Both the position numbers and the translations under genes were made by a program. DNA of 64,000 bases from Myxococcota bacterium (GTDB taxonomy: Bacteria; Myxococcota_A; UBA9160; UBA6930). The notes beneath the pieces were generated by a model. That model worked only from the letters and a program-made list of their open reading frames with translations, did no database searches and was not told the origin of the DNA. Below are positions 20,669 through 32,610 of this stretch, in pieces. The stretch is from positions 672,001 through 736,000 of the forward strand of contig OZ245015.1 in NCBI GenBank assembly GCA_965223705.1, read 5' to 3'. The first letter of the stretch is position 1. Each line of letters opens with the position of its first letter.

Positions 20669-21718
20669 ATGATGAAAACGACTCTTCGTACGTCCAGTGT
20701 GCTCGCGATCGCATGCGCGGCCACTTTCGCTTTGCACGCCGATTCCGCCGCCGCGCGGGATGAAATCCGCATTGTCGGTTCATCGACGGTGTTTCCGTTC
20801 TCCACTGCTGTCGCCGAGAGCTTCGGCCGCAAGACGTCCTTCAAGACACCGGTCGTCGAAAGTACGGGTTCCGGTGGCGGGTTGAAGCTCTTCTGTGCCG
20901 GCACGGGTGTCGACACTCCCGACATCACGAACGCATCGCGTCGCATCAAGGCTTCCGAAGTCGAGAACTGTGCAAGCAACGGCGTGACGGACATTATCGA
21001 GATCAAGATCGGCTTCGACGGTATCGTCCTCGCCAACGCGAAAAAGGCCGCTCGCATGTCCTTGACGAAGGAGCAGATCTTCCGCGCGCTCGCGAAAGAC
21101 ATCCCCGTGGACGGCAAGCTCGTGCCGAACCCCTATAAAACCTGGAAGGACGTCGACGCGTCTCTTCCGGATCGCCGTATCGAGGTCCTCGGGCCGCCGC
21201 CTACGTCCGGCACGCGCGACGCGTTCGTCGAGCTGGCCATGGAAGGGGGCGCAAAGGCGATCCCGATGCTGGCCGAGCAGAGAGAAAAAGACAAGAAAGC
21301 GTTCAAGGCGATCGCCCACGCGATCCGCGAAGACGGCGCGTACGTGGAGGCGGGCGAGAACGACAACCTGATCGTCCAGAAGCTCGAAGCGAATCCCGAC
21401 GCCTTGGGAATCTTCGGCTTCTCCTTCCTTGACCAGAACGCCGACAAAGTCCAGGGCAGCTTGGTCGACAACACGGAGCCGACGTTCGAGAACATCGCCA
21501 GCGGCGATTACGGCGTTTCGCGCTCCCTCTACTTCTACGTGAAGAAAGCCCACATCGGAGTCGTTCCCGGCGTGGAAGAATTCATCAACGAATTCACGAG
21601 CGAAGCGGCCGGCGGCGAAGAAGGTTACCTCGCCGATCGCGGCCTCATCCCGCTACCGGCCGGCGATCGAAAGAAAGTCCGGGACGACGGAGCGAGCCTA
21701 GCCCTCCTCGAGATGTAG
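20669..21718 (+). CDS. pstS: Phosphate ABC transporter substrate-binding protein
   Basis: IVGSSTVFPF, ESTGSGGG, NASRRIK, GPPPTSGTRDAF, YGVSRSLYFY. Confidence 0.95.
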   Translation: MMKTTLRTSSVLAIACAATFALHADSAAARDEIRIVGSSTVFPFSTAVAESFGRKTSFKTPVVESTGSGGGLKLFCAGTGVDTPDITNASRRIKASEVENCASNGVTDIIEIKIGFDGIVLANAKKAARMSLTKEQIFRALAKDIPVDGKLVPNPYKTWKDVDASLPDRRIEVLGPPPTSGTRDAFVELAMEGGAKAIPMLAEQREKDKKAFKAIAHAIREDGAYVEAGENDNLIVQKLEANPDALGIFGFSFLDQNADKVQGSLVDNTEPTFENIASGDYGVSRSLYFYVKKAHIGVVPGVEEFINEFTSEAAGGEEGYLADRGLIPLPAGDRKKVRDDGASLALLEM

Positions 21719-21734
21719 AATGGCCTCGAGGTAA

Positions 21735-21763
21735 GAGCGGCCGCGGTAACCCCGCGGCCGCTC
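21735..21763 (+). terminator. Intercistronic stem-loop between pstS and pstC
   Basis: GAGCGGCCGCGG-TAACC-CCGCGGCCGCTC perfect 12-bp stem; no U-tract, so more likely mRNA-stabilising than terminating. Confidence 0.55.
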
Positions 21764-21767
21764 ACCC

Positions 21768-23162
21768 TTGGGTGTACTGCCTGTGAATCTAGTTGCCATC
21801 GCCACGTTGCTGCTGCTCACAGCCTCGGCCTTCGTGTTGGGAAGGCGGCGCGCGTTGGCTCTCGTGGGACCCTCCGTCCCCAAACTCCACTCCCGTCCGC
21901 ACTACTACGGTCACTACGTCGCGATTTGGTGCGGTGTTCCAGCGCTACTCGTCGTCTTGGCGTTTCAGCTCGGTTTTCCATGGCTCGCCGACGGACTGAT
22001 CGCAGCGGACGCCCCGGCGGAGGTTCGCGCCGCCGGCTCGGAGACGCTCTCGCGTTGGGTCGCGGACGCGCGGAGCTTGGCCGCGGGCGAGTCGGCGATC
22101 CTCGAGGCCGATGACCGTCTCCGCGCGGCATCGAGGCGCGCGGTGAGCCTCGACCGGATCGGAAATGCTTCGCTTCTCGTTCTGGTGCTAGCCGCTGCGG
22201 CGGCTGGCTTGGCGACCGCGCTTCGCCGCGTTGAACCGAACCTCCGGGCGCGACCCGTCGTCGAAAACGCGGTACGCGCGGTGTTGGCGGGCTGTTCGTC
22301 CACCGCGATTTTCGTGACGGTCGGGATCGTATTGTCCCTGGTTTTCGAGGCGGCGCGTTTCTTCGCCCTCGTATCACCGGCGGAGTTCCTCTTCGACACT
22401 ACCTGGAGTCCCCAGACGGCCCTGCGCAGCGATCAAGTCGGCGCATCGGGAACGTTCGGGGCCGTCCCCGTCTTTGCCGGAACGCTCCTCATCACCGCGA
22501 TCGCCATGTCCGTCGCCGTGCCGATCGGACTGATGTCGGCCATCTACCTGTCGGAATACGCGGGGCCGCGCATGCGTTCGATCGTGAAGCCCCTGTTGGA
22601 AATTCTGGCCGGCATTCCCACCGTCGTCTATGGCTTCTTCGCGGCGCTCAGCGTCGCTCCCTGGGTGCGGCGGTTCGGTGAGTCACTCGGCCTCGAAGTC
22701 GCTTCCGAGAGTGCGTTGGCGGCTGGGCTGGTGATGGGAGTGATGATCATTCCCTTTGTCTCTTCGCTTTCGGACGACGTCATCAACGCGGTGCCGAGCG
22801 CACTGCGAGAGGGCTCGCTCGGGCTCGGGGCCACGCGCTCCGAAACCGTTGTCCGAGTCGTACTGCCCGCGGCGCTTCCCGGCATCGTCGGTTCGATCTT
22901 GCTCGCGGTGTCTCGTGCGATCGGGGAGACGATGATCGTCGTGATGGCGGCGGGCTTGGCTGCGAATCTGACGGCCAACCCGTTTGCGGCCGTGACCACG
23001 GTGACTGTTCAGATCGTGACACTGTTGGTCGGCGACCAAGAGTTCGACAGCGCGAAGACCCTCGCGGCGTTTGCCCTCGGACTTCTCTTGTTCTGCGTGA
23101 CGCTCGCGCTGAACGTTCTGGCTCTTCACGTCGTGCGGCGCTACCGGGAACAATATGACTGA
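21768..23162 (+). CDS. pstC: Phosphate ABC transporter permease
   Basis: KPLLEILAGIPTVVYG, LREGSLGLGAT, SRAIGETMIV. Confidence 0.95.
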   Translation: MGVLPVNLVAIATLLLLTASAFVLGRRRALALVGPSVPKLHSRPHYYGHYVAIWCGVPALLVVLAFQLGFPWLADGLIAADAPAEVRAAGSETLSRWVADARSLAAGESAILEADDRLRAASRRAVSLDRIGNASLLVLVLAAAAAGLATALRRVEPNLRARPVVENAVRAVLAGCSSTAIFVTVGIVLSLVFEAARFFALVSPAEFLFDTTWSPQTALRSDQVGASGTFGAVPVFAGTLLITAIAMSVAVPIGLMSAIYLSEYAGPRMRSIVKPLLEILAGIPTVVYGFFAALSVAPWVRRFGESLGLEVASESALAAGLVMGVMIIPFVSSLSDDVINAVPSALREGSLGLGATRSETVVRVVLPAALPGIVGSILLAVSRAIGETMIVVMAAGLAANLTANPFAAVTTVTVQIVTLLVGDQEFDSAKTLAAFALGLLLFCVTLALNVLALHVVRRYREQYD

Positions 23163-24447
23163 GTCGGGAATGAGCACCCATGCATCGGAAGCGGCCAAGA
23201 AGCGGCGCGCCAGGCGACACGCGAGAGAGCGCTGGTTTCGATGGACGGGCTTCGCCGCGATTTCGCTGGCCCTCGGAGCGCTGGCCATCTTGATGGTCAC
23301 GATCGGTGTGCGAGGTGTGCCCGGCTTCTACCGCCACGTCGTAGCCCTGGATGTCCAGTTTGATGCGGAGCGACTCGGCACCGACCTGAGCCTGGATCCG
23401 GAGCTCCGAAACGGAAATTTTGGCGCCTGGGTGAAGGACGCGTTGCAAGTGTCCTACCCCGACGTTACGTCGCGGCGAGATCGTCGCGCCCTCGGCAAGC
23501 TGGTGTCGAGCGGAGCGCCGTACCAACTTCGCGAGCTTCTGCTCGAGGAACCGGACCGTTTAGGTGGGCGACACCGCGTCGTCGTGCCCCTTTCGGCCGA
23601 TGCGGACACGTTCCTCAAAGGGACGATTTCCCGCGATTTGCCCGAGGCCGACCGAAACATAAGCGACGCGCAGATCGCGTGGCTCGACGGATGGGAGGCG
23701 GAAGGCCGAATCGAACGTGTCCTCAACCGGGACTTCTTCACATCGGGGGACAGCCGCGATCCCGAGCTCGCCGGTATCTGGGGAGCCGTCGTCGGGTCTT
23801 TCTGGGCACTCCTGATCGCGTTGGCCGTGTCCTTCCCAGTCGGCGTTGCCGCCGCCGTTCATTTGGAAGAGTTCGCAAAGAAGAGCCGGTTGAACGACTT
23901 CATCGAAGTCAACATCAACAACCTCGCCGCAGTGCCTTCCATCGTGTTCGGTCTACTCGGACTCGCGGTCTTCTTAAACTTCATCGGGATGCCACGATCC
24001 GCGCCACTGGTCGGAGGGATGGTGCTTTCGCTGATGACCCTTCCCGTCGTGATCATCGCGTCGCGTTCGGCGATTGGTGCGGTTCCGCCGTCGATTCGAG
24101 AGGCGGCACTCGGGATGGGGGCTTCGCGCTTGCAGGTCGTCACCCATCACGTTCTTCCACTGGCATTGCCGGGCATCATGACCGGGACCATCATCGGAAT
24201 GGCCCGGGCCCTGGGCGAAACGGCCCCGCTTCTGATGATCGGTATGGTGGCGTTTATCGTCGACGTCCCGGACGGGCCGTTGGCGCCGTCCACGGCCCTG
24301 CCGGTCCAAATCTACTTGTGGGCGGACAGCCCCGAGCGAGCTTTCGTCGAAAAGACCTCTGCGGCCATTCTTGTGCTTCTCGCTTTCCTCATTGCTATGA
24401 ACCTGGTCGCAGTCCTTCTACGGAACCGGTTCGAGCGACGCTGGTAG
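23155..24447 (+). CDS. pstA: Phosphate ABC transporter permease
   Basis: NNLAAVPSIVFGLLG, IREAALGMGAS, ARALGETAPL, ends RFERRW. Confidence 0.95.
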   Translation: MTESGMSTHASEAAKKRRARRHARERWFRWTGFAAISLALGALAILMVTIGVRGVPGFYRHVVALDVQFDAERLGTDLSLDPELRNGNFGAWVKDALQVSYPDVTSRRDRRALGKLVSSGAPYQLRELLLEEPDRLGGRHRVVVPLSADADTFLKGTISRDLPEADRNISDAQIAWLDGWEAEGRIERVLNRDFFTSGDSRDPELAGIWGAVVGSFWALLIALAVSFPVGVAAAVHLEEFAKKSRLNDFIEVNINNLAAVPSIVFGLLGLAVFLNFIGMPRSAPLVGGMVLSLMTLPVVIIASRSAIGAVPPSIREAALGMGASRLQVVTHHVLPLALPGIMTGTIIGMARALGETAPLLMIGMVAFIVDVPDGPLAPSTALPVQIYLWADSPERAFVEKTSAAILVLLAFLIAMNLVAVLLRNRFERRW

Positions 24448-24456
24448 GGAGGATTG

Positions 24457-25230
24457 ATGCCGGGACCTGAATATTTGACCAAGATCAGCACACGTGATCT
24501 CAGCGTCTTTTACGGGGACAAGCAGGCCATCTTCGATGTCAATCTCGATATCGGAGCGCGCCGGGTCACCGCGTTGATCGGCCCTTCGGGCTGCGGCAAG
24601 TCGACTTACCTGCGTTGTCTCAACCGCATGAACGATGTCATCGAATCGTGCCGCGTGGAAGGCAAGATCACAATCGACGGCGACGACATCTACGATCGAT
24701 CGATCGACCCGGTGCAGCTTCGTGCTCGGGTCGGCATGGTGTTTCAGAAGCCGAACCCGTTCCCGAAATCCATTTTCGAGAACGTCGCCTACGGGCCCCG
24801 GATTCACGGGTTGGCAAACGGCCGCGAAGAACTCGAGCACATCGTCGTTACCAGTCTCGAGCGGGCGGGCTTGTTCGACGAAGTGAAGGACCGCCTCCAC
24901 GAACCGGGCACCGGGTTGTCAGGAGGACAGCAGCAACGGTTGTGTATCGCCCGGGCGATCGCCGTCGATCCCGACGTGATCTTGATGGACGAGCCGTGCT
25001 CTGCTCTCGATCCCATCGCTACGGCGAAGATCGAAGAGCTCATGACGGAGTTGCGAGAGAAGTATACGATCGTCATCGTGACGCACTCTATGCAACAAGC
25101 GGGACGGGTCTCGCAACGAACGGCGTTCTTCCATCTGGGCGTGTTGATCGAAGAGGGCGAGACTGGACAGATTTTTACCGACCCCAAACACGAAATGACT
25201 CAGGACTACATTACTGGGCGCTTCGGTTAG
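24457..25230 (+). CDS. pstB: Phosphate ABC transporter ATPase
   Basis: [40 protein letters not shown]. Confidence 0.97.
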   Translation: MPGPEYLTKISTRDLSVFYGDKQAIFDVNLDIGARRVTALIGPSGCGKSTYLRCLNRMNDVIESCRVEGKITIDGDDIYDRSIDPVQLRARVGMVFQKPNPFPKSIFENVAYGPRIHGLANGREELEHIVVTSLERAGLFDEVKDRLHEPGTGLSGGQQQRLCIARAIAVDPDVILMDEPCSALDPIATAKIEELMTELREKYTIVIVTHSMQQAGRVSQRTAFFHLGVLIEEGETGQIFTDPKHEMTQDYITGRFG

Positions 25231-25243
25231 ATCGGGAGATGCG

Positions 25244-25924
25244 ATGACACGCATCGTCGAGCCGTTCATTCAGGATCTGCGCGAGAAGGTGCTCCAGATG
25301 GGGCGTCTTTCCGAGGAGATCCTCGAGAAATCGATGCGGGCCGTGTTCGATCGCGACCGCGAGCTCGCCGATGAGATCGGCAAAGACGATCTCGAAATCG
25401 ACCGCTTCGACCTGTTGATCGATGAGTCGGTGCTCAGGGCCTTGGCACTTCAAGCGCCACTCGCCGATGACCTCCGCTTGGTCATCGCGATCAAGATGAT
25501 GGCAACGGATCTCGAGCGCGTCGGAGATCTCGCCCGCAACATCGCAAAATGCGCAGTCCGCCTCTCGGAGCATCCGGAAGTCACGGTACCTTCGAAGCTC
25601 AAAGATCTCGCGTACGAGGCGCAACGTCTGCTCCGCCGTGCGATGGACAGCTTCAGCCGAAGCGACGTGCTGCGCGCCGAGAGCGTTCTCGACGACGACG
25701 ATCAAGTCGATTCCGATCAGGACGAGGTCGTCCGCCAAGCGGTTCTTCAGATTACGCAGCACCCGGAGCTCAGCAGCCAAGGAATCGATTTCATTTTGAT
25801 CGCAAAGAACCTCGAGCGCGTGGCCGATCACGCGACGAATATCGCGGAAGAAGTGATCCTCTGGACCGACGGCCGCAACTTGAAGCACGCGGGCAAGCTC
25901 CAGACCGGAGCGTCTGGCGCTTAG
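25244..25924 (+). CDS. phoU: Phosphate signalling protein PhoU
   Basis: QAPLADDLR, DLERVGDLA, LERVADHATNIAE. Confidence 0.95.
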   Translation: MTRIVEPFIQDLREKVLQMGRLSEEILEKSMRAVFDRDRELADEIGKDDLEIDRFDLLIDESVLRALALQAPLADDLRLVIAIKMMATDLERVGDLARNIAKCAVRLSEHPEVTVPSKLKDLAYEAQRLLRRAMDSFSRSDVLRAESVLDDDDQVDSDQDEVVRQAVLQITQHPELSSQGIDFILIAKNLERVADHATNIAEEVILWTDGRNLKHAGKLQTGASGA

Positions 25925-25948
25925 CCAGGCGCCTTCGATTTCCGGCCG

Positions 25949-26776
25949 ATGAATCGAAGCGATCAGGCCATCGAAGAGCGCTTCATCGAACTCATGGTTC
26001 CCGCCGCGCGTCACGCCGCGCGCATCGCGAGTGCGCTCGAGGGCCAAGTAGCGAACCGCCCGAAAGCCGGCGAAGCCACGCCGGTGAAAGCGGCGCTGAC
26101 AATTGCCGATTCCGCGGCGCAAGAAGCCATCCTGGTGCCGCTGGCCGATGGGCTGCCAAACGTCATGTTGCGCGCGGAGGAAGATACGCCGAGCGTTCGG
26201 CGGTTTCCGACGGAGAGTCCGCATTTGGTTGTCGTCGATCCCATCGACGGAACCCTCCACGCCTATCTCGAGAGGGCCGGGCCGTACAGCGTCATGATCG
26301 GTCTCGCGCGCGGCGATCGTTACCGCGCGTCGGTCATCGCACTTCCGCGAGAGAACATCCTCGTCTACGGGGTTTCCGGAAGCGAAGCGCGAGTCGAGCC
26401 ATTGAGCGAGGACGGGGCGCCCGTTCCTTCCGAAGTGGACGGACGCGATGTTCTCGTTTCTCAGGGCGTTTCCGAGGACGTACGCGGCCGAATTCGCGAA
26501 GCCGGCTTCAGGCCGCGTTTCGGGAGCGGCGGCGCCATTGCGCTCGCTCCGCTTCTTCCAGGCGTCAGCGCCGGTCTTCGGGTGAGCGAGGGCCCGGAAG
26601 GTGTGAGCATTCGCGGTCGCATCGGTGTGTTGCTCTCGCGATGCCGAGAAGGAGTTGCCGTCGCGTCGCGCGACGGTGATTTTCCGGACGACCTTTCGAC
26701 CCCTTGTCACACACTTCTAGTCGCTCGTCGAACGGAAGAGATCGAGATGCTGCGCGCGGCGCTTCGCACACGCTGA
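25949..26776 (+). CDS. Inositol monophosphatase-family protein (atypical)
   Basis: ADSAAQE, AEE and VVVDPIDGT metal-binding motif. Confidence 0.7.
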   Translation: MNRSDQAIEERFIELMVPAARHAARIASALEGQVANRPKAGEATPVKAALTIADSAAQEAILVPLADGLPNVMLRAEEDTPSVRRFPTESPHLVVVDPIDGTLHAYLERAGPYSVMIGLARGDRYRASVIALPRENILVYGVSGSEARVEPLSEDGAPVPSEVDGRDVLVSQGVSEDVRGRIREAGFRPRFGSGGAIALAPLLPGVSAGLRVSEGPEGVSIRGRIGVLLSRCREGVAVASRDGDFPDDLSTPCHTLLVARRTEEIEMLRAALRTR

Positions 26777-26779
26777 GGG

Positions 26780-28444
26780 CTACATGTTCGTGTAGTCCGG
26801 TCCCTCGCCGCCCTCAGGTGGTGTCCACGTGATCACCTGATAGGGGTCGGCGATGTCGCACGTCTTGCAATGGACGCAGTTTTCGTGGTGGATAAAGAGC
26901 TTCTTCTTTCCGGGATTGTCCGTATCGTCGACCATCTCGTAGACCGCTGCCGGACAAAACGACTCGCAGGGGTTCCCGTATTCGACCGAACACACGTCCC
27001 GACATAGGTCGGTATCGGCGACGACAAGGTGCGACGGCTGGTCGGCTTCGTGCTGCGTGCCACTGAAGCCGACGAGATGCTCCTTCGTGAAGGTGAGCTT
27101 GCCGTCGAACTCAAACTCGGGCTTGTTCCGCTTGTGGGGCGGGAGCTCTGACAGCTTTTTGTAGTGCTTGTACCCGGGTTTGAACTTGATCCGATCCTGC
27201 AGGCCCGCTCCGTCGGTCAGGAATTGGCGCACGGGTTCGTTGAGGAAGAAGAACGGCAATCCTTTCGTGAAAGCACCGTGGAAATTTCTCGCGGCGTAGT
27301 GCTCATCGTAAGCCCAGCTCCGCCGATAGCGCTCCGCGTAACCGCCCAAAGTGGTTGTGCTGTAGTCGTCTGCCGCGATCGCGTCGGCGATGGCTTCCGC
27401 CGCCATCATTCCCGACTTCATCGCCATATGGACGCCGGCGAGTCGCTCCGCATTGCAGAACCCGGCGGAATCGCCGATCAACATCGCACCGTCGGTGTAG
27501 AGCTTCGGTTGCGAATACAGACCGCCCATCGGAATGGCTTTTGCGCCGTAGCGGATCAGCTCGCCACCTTCGAGTAGGTCGCGCATAAAGGGATGCGTCT
27601 TGAAGCGCTGCGCCGTCAGGTGCGGGTCGTGGTAGGGGTTCTCGGCGTCTAAGGCGCTGACGAACCCGTAGGACACGAGGTTGTCTTTCATGTCGTAGAG
27701 CCACATACCACCGAACGCGTTCAGAAGTTCGTGTGCCACGATGCCGTGAATGACACGCCCCGGCCGGTGCTTCTCGGGCTTGATCTTCCAGATTTCCTTG
27801 ATGCCGGTTTCGAAGACCTGGGGATTCTCCCCGTGTAAATCGAATCGGTCGATCAGCTGCTTCGACAACGTCCCGCGAACGCCCTCGCCGAGTACCGTGA
27901 CCTTGGCGAGAATGTCCATCCCGGGCTGGTACGTGCCCTTCGGCTTGCCCTCTCGATCGACACCCATATCACCCATCCGGACGCCCACGACACGCCCGTT
28001 CTCGATGAGGAGTTTGTCCCCGGCGAACCCCGGATAGATCTCGACCCCGGCGGCTTCACAGCGCTCGCCCAACCACTTGACCACGTTGCTGAGCGATACG
28101 ACGTGGTAGCCCTTCTTCTTGAAGAAGGGCGGGTTGATGGGCGAGCGCAATTTCGCTTTCGGAAAGAAGAAATACGTCATGTCGTTGTCGCAGACGTATT
28201 CCGTCGGGAACCCCTGTTCGGCGAAATCGGGAATGAGCTCGCGAATCGCTTTGGGGTTCATGACGGCGCCGGAAAGCATGTGATCACCGATTTCGGCGGA
28301 CTTCTCAATGACGAGGATCGTGGGAGGCTCGAGACCCCGCGATTCGACCTCCTGCATCAGCCTGAGAGCGGAGGCCATGGTGGCCGGCCCCGCACCGACG
28401 TACAGGACATCGACTTCCATGTTTTCTCGTTCGGGCTGACTCAT
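26780..28444 (-). CDS. Electron transfer flavoprotein-quinone oxidoreductase
   Basis: VGAGPA FAD motif, LSGAV, GDSAGF..GVHMAMKSG, CPAAVYE, NCVHCKTCDI, PPEGGEGPDY. Confidence 0.93.
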   Translation of the reverse strand: MSQPERENMEVDVLYVGAGPATMASALRLMQEVESRGLEPPTILVIEKSAEIGDHMLSGAVMNPKAIRELIPDFAEQGFPTEYVCDNDMTYFFFPKAKLRSPINPPFFKKKGYHVVSLSNVVKWLGERCEAAGVEIYPGFAGDKLLIENGRVVGVRMGDMGVDREGKPKGTYQPGMDILAKVTVLGEGVRGTLSKQLIDRFDLHGENPQVFETGIKEIWKIKPEKHRPGRVIHGIVAHELLNAFGGMWLYDMKDNLVSYGFVSALDAENPYHDPHLTAQRFKTHPFMRDLLEGGELIRYGAKAIPMGGLYSQPKLYTDGAMLIGDSAGFCNAERLAGVHMAMKSGMMAAEAIADAIAADDYSTTTLGGYAERYRRSWAYDEHYAARNFHGAFTKGLPFFFLNEPVRQFLTDGAGLQDRIKFKPGYKHYKKLSELPPHKRNKPEFEFDGKLTFTKEHLVGFSGTQHEADQPSHLVVADTDLCRDVCSVEYGNPCESFCPAAVYEMVDDTDNPGKKKLFIHHENCVHCKTCDIADPYQVITWTPPEGGEGPDYTNM

Positions 28445-28479
28445 GCTGGGCTCCCATTCATTTTCCCCACCATAGATGA

Positions 28480-30041
<1,562 letters not shown>

Positions 30042-30070
30042 CGATCGGTTCCGGGCCGTATACTGGCGCC

Positions 30071-31084
30071 ATGAGCCGTCGCGTGCCCAATCCGCGTGCC
30101 CCGTCGCATCGCGAAACTTCGGTGAACGAAGCCGCTGTCGAGTTCGTCGGAATCGTTCGCGACTTTTTGTTGGGGAGCCGCGCGCTGTTGCGAATTGCGG
30201 AGAGCTTTCGCGCCGGCTCGTTGCAGTTCGGCGAAGTCGAAGCGCTTGTCGGCGACACGACCGACAGCGTTCTGTTCCGTTTGAAGGAGCGCTGCCACGC
30301 CTTGTTCCGCGGAACGTCGACCGGGCTCGCTCGGGAAGCCGTGTTCGACCTCGCGGTCGGCGCGTTGTTTCACGAGGCGATGAAGTTCCGAGAAAACTTC
30401 TACCAACAGGCCGTGTATGCGCCGAAGCTGTTGTCCCTGGAAGCTCGGGGTGACGAAGACGCGCGGCGCTTGCTCGATGCGTCGCGGGAGCTCCTCGCGG
30501 CGTCGAAGGATCGTTCGGAAGGCGTCCTGCGCGAACTCATGCGCTGGCACGGAGAAACCACGCAGCAATTCCAGCGGCTGGTCATCACGCATCGAGACAA
30601 CGCCTACGTGACGCGCTTCTTTCTCGAACACCGGCAGCTCGCGGAAGAGGCGATGGACGAACCGATCGATGCATTGTTGTCGCGTTTTTGGGGTGATCCG
30701 GAAGCCGCATACCGACGCGCCGCGCGCTCTTTTCTCGACGGAGGGCATTTTGACGACGCGCTTTTGTGCCTCGCGTCTGCCGGTAGCGACCGAGACGGCG
30801 ACCTCGAGCGTTGGGGTGCCTACGCCCGCGGGATGAAGGCGTACCTCGCGTCGGACTACGCGGTGGCCGTCCGCGAGCTCGGGCATTGGTGTCGCGACCG
30901 TCGCGCGGAACCGGCGTTTGCGAGCCTCGCACTGGCGGCGCTCACGCGCGCGAGCGTCGCACTCGCCGAGCGGGGTGAAACCGGGCTCGCCACGGAAGCG
31001 AAGGAGCTTTGCGAGCTCGCCCACCGCTTGGACGAGCGAGAAGGCGCGACTCACGCGGATTCGGATCGTTCCCGCGACCGGTAG
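30071..31084 (+). CDS. Hypothetical all-helical protein (TPR-like C-terminus)
   Basis: 337-aa ORF filling the gap between MFS and lgt; LFRLKERCHALFR and DLAVGALFHEAMKFREN look like conserved motifs. Confidence 0.65.
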   Translation: MSRRVPNPRAPSHRETSVNEAAVEFVGIVRDFLLGSRALLRIAESFRAGSLQFGEVEALVGDTTDSVLFRLKERCHALFRGTSTGLAREAVFDLAVGALFHEAMKFRENFYQQAVYAPKLLSLEARGDEDARRLLDASRELLAASKDRSEGVLRELMRWHGETTQQFQRLVITHRDNAYVTRFFLEHRQLAEEAMDEPIDALLSRFWGDPEAAYRRAARSFLDGGHFDDALLCLASAGSDRDGDLERWGAYARGMKAYLASDYAVAVRELGHWCRDRRAEPAFASLALAALTRASVALAERGETGLATEAKELCELAHRLDEREGATHADSDRSRDR

Positions 31085-31797
31085 TAGAGCCACCCGGAAA
31101 CACCCGCGACGATCAGCCCCAGCCCGATCCACTGCGGTTCCGTCAGGCCGAGCGCCACTTTCGGGTTCACGCGCAGCATCTCGATAAAGAACCGCCCCAG
31201 GCCGTTGGCCGCCAGATACTCACCGAACAAGAACGGGCTCTTGTGTCTGCGTTTCCAAAGGATCGCAGCCACCGGGAGCAACCAAGCCACTTCGTAGAGC
31301 TGCGTCGGGTGCACCGGCACGTCGGTCGGTGGCGCACCTTGTGGAAAAGCGACACCCCACGGCAAGTCCGTCGGGTGTCCGTAATCGTCCCCGACGAGAA
31401 AGCACCCGATGCGTCCAAGGGATTGGCCGAGCGCCGCGCCGACGGCCACGCACGAGGTGTACATGCGAACGGAGATGCCGTGGATTCGGCAACCCAAGGC
31501 ACCGATCGCGATTCCGCCCAGCAGGCCTCCGTACCACGTGATTCCCTCTCGGGCGAAGAAGAGTGACGCGAACGGCTGGCCCGTCCGCAGCCCCACGTCG
31601 ATCGCGTAGTAGAGCTTCGAACCGAGGACGCCCCCGACCATCACGTACAGAAGCAGCGTCGTCGCGATCTCCGGGTCCTGGCCGAACTCCCGCAACCGAA
31701 TGGCGGAGATCCACGTAGCGACCAAGAAACCCGCGGCCATCATCACCCCGAAGGTGCTGATCTGGAAGCCAAACGGTTCGAAGAGAATCGGGTACAC
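31051..31797 (-). CDS. lgt: Prolipoprotein diacylglyceryl transferase
   Basis: GITWYGG, GRIGCFLVGDDYG, HPTQLYE, RFFIEMLR. Confidence 0.93.
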   Translation of the reverse strand: MYPILFEPFGFQISTFGVMMAAGFLVATWISAIRLREFGQDPEIATTLLLYVMVGGVLGSKLYYAIDVGLRTGQPFASLFFAREGITWYGGLLGGIAIGALGCRIHGISVRMYTSCVAVGAALGQSLGRIGCFLVGDDYGHPTDLPWGVAFPQGAPPTDVPVHPTQLYEVAWLLPVAAILWKRRHKSPFLFGEYLAANGLGRFFIEMLRVNPKVALGLTEPQWIGLGLIVAGVSGWLYYRSRERSESA

Positions 31798-32044
31798 GAT
31801 ATTCCCCCGCAGAAATGCAGGGATTAGCAGCAGCAGAGGACCCGCGCATTCGCGCCATCCCGCAGACGCCGAGCGGCAGAAATACGCCTCGGCGACGTAG
31901 TTCCGCGGCAAAAAAAACGCGCGTGAAGCGCCCGAGGGGATCTGGTTCGGAGTTGTCGGGGGTATTCCGATACACCGTAGGTCCCGCGGGAGATTGCGTC
32001 GGCCGAGCCACGCTACCTTCTTTGCGGATGTGGAGGTGAGACGG

Positions 32045-32593
32045 ATGCCGGCTCACAATCGAGGCAGGGTATGGCTGCTTGTCGCCATCGCCGGAGTCAT
32101 GCTCTTCGGCGGCACGCCCTCCGTGCGTCCGCCGGCGCCCGAGCCCGTCGCCGTTTCGGCACGGGGCCTCGACGCCGCGACGATTTCGGCGCTCATCCTC
32201 GACGTGAATCCGACGCTCTCTACTGTTGAAGCGGATCGAATCGGAAACTCGGTCGTGCGCTACAGCACGAAATACGGTCTCGACGCGGAAATTGTGACCG
32301 CCGTGTTGTTGGTCGAGAGCACGGCGCGCCCTTGGGCGAAGAGTCCTAAGGGCGCCCGGGGGCTGATGCAGGTCATGCCCTATATGGCGCGGCCCCTTGG
32401 AATGGTCGGCAACCTGAACACGATCGAGTCGAACATCGAAGCGGGCTGCGTGATCCTGGCCGGAAACATCCGCCGCCTGGGCGAACAGGATGGAATCTCC
32501 GCCTATTTCTGGGGTTCCAACATTCGCGGCGTCGCCTACTTGAATCGTATTCAGGCGGCGCGTGAGAAAGTTCGACACTTCCTCGCTTCCTGA
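32045..32593 (+). CDS. Lytic transglycosylase (SLT domain)
   Basis: AVLLVES, SPKGARGLMQVMP, NIEAG; N-terminal signal/TM. Confidence 0.88.
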   Translation: MPAHNRGRVWLLVAIAGVMLFGGTPSVRPPAPEPVAVSARGLDAATISALILDVNPTLSTVEADRIGNSVVRYSTKYGLDAEIVTAVLLVESTARPWAKSPKGARGLMQVMPYMARPLGMVGNLNTIESNIEAGCVILAGNIRRLGEQDGISAYFWGSNIRGVAYLNRIQAAREKVRHFLAS

Positions 32594-32610
32594 GCCGAGC
32601 CGCCGGCTCG

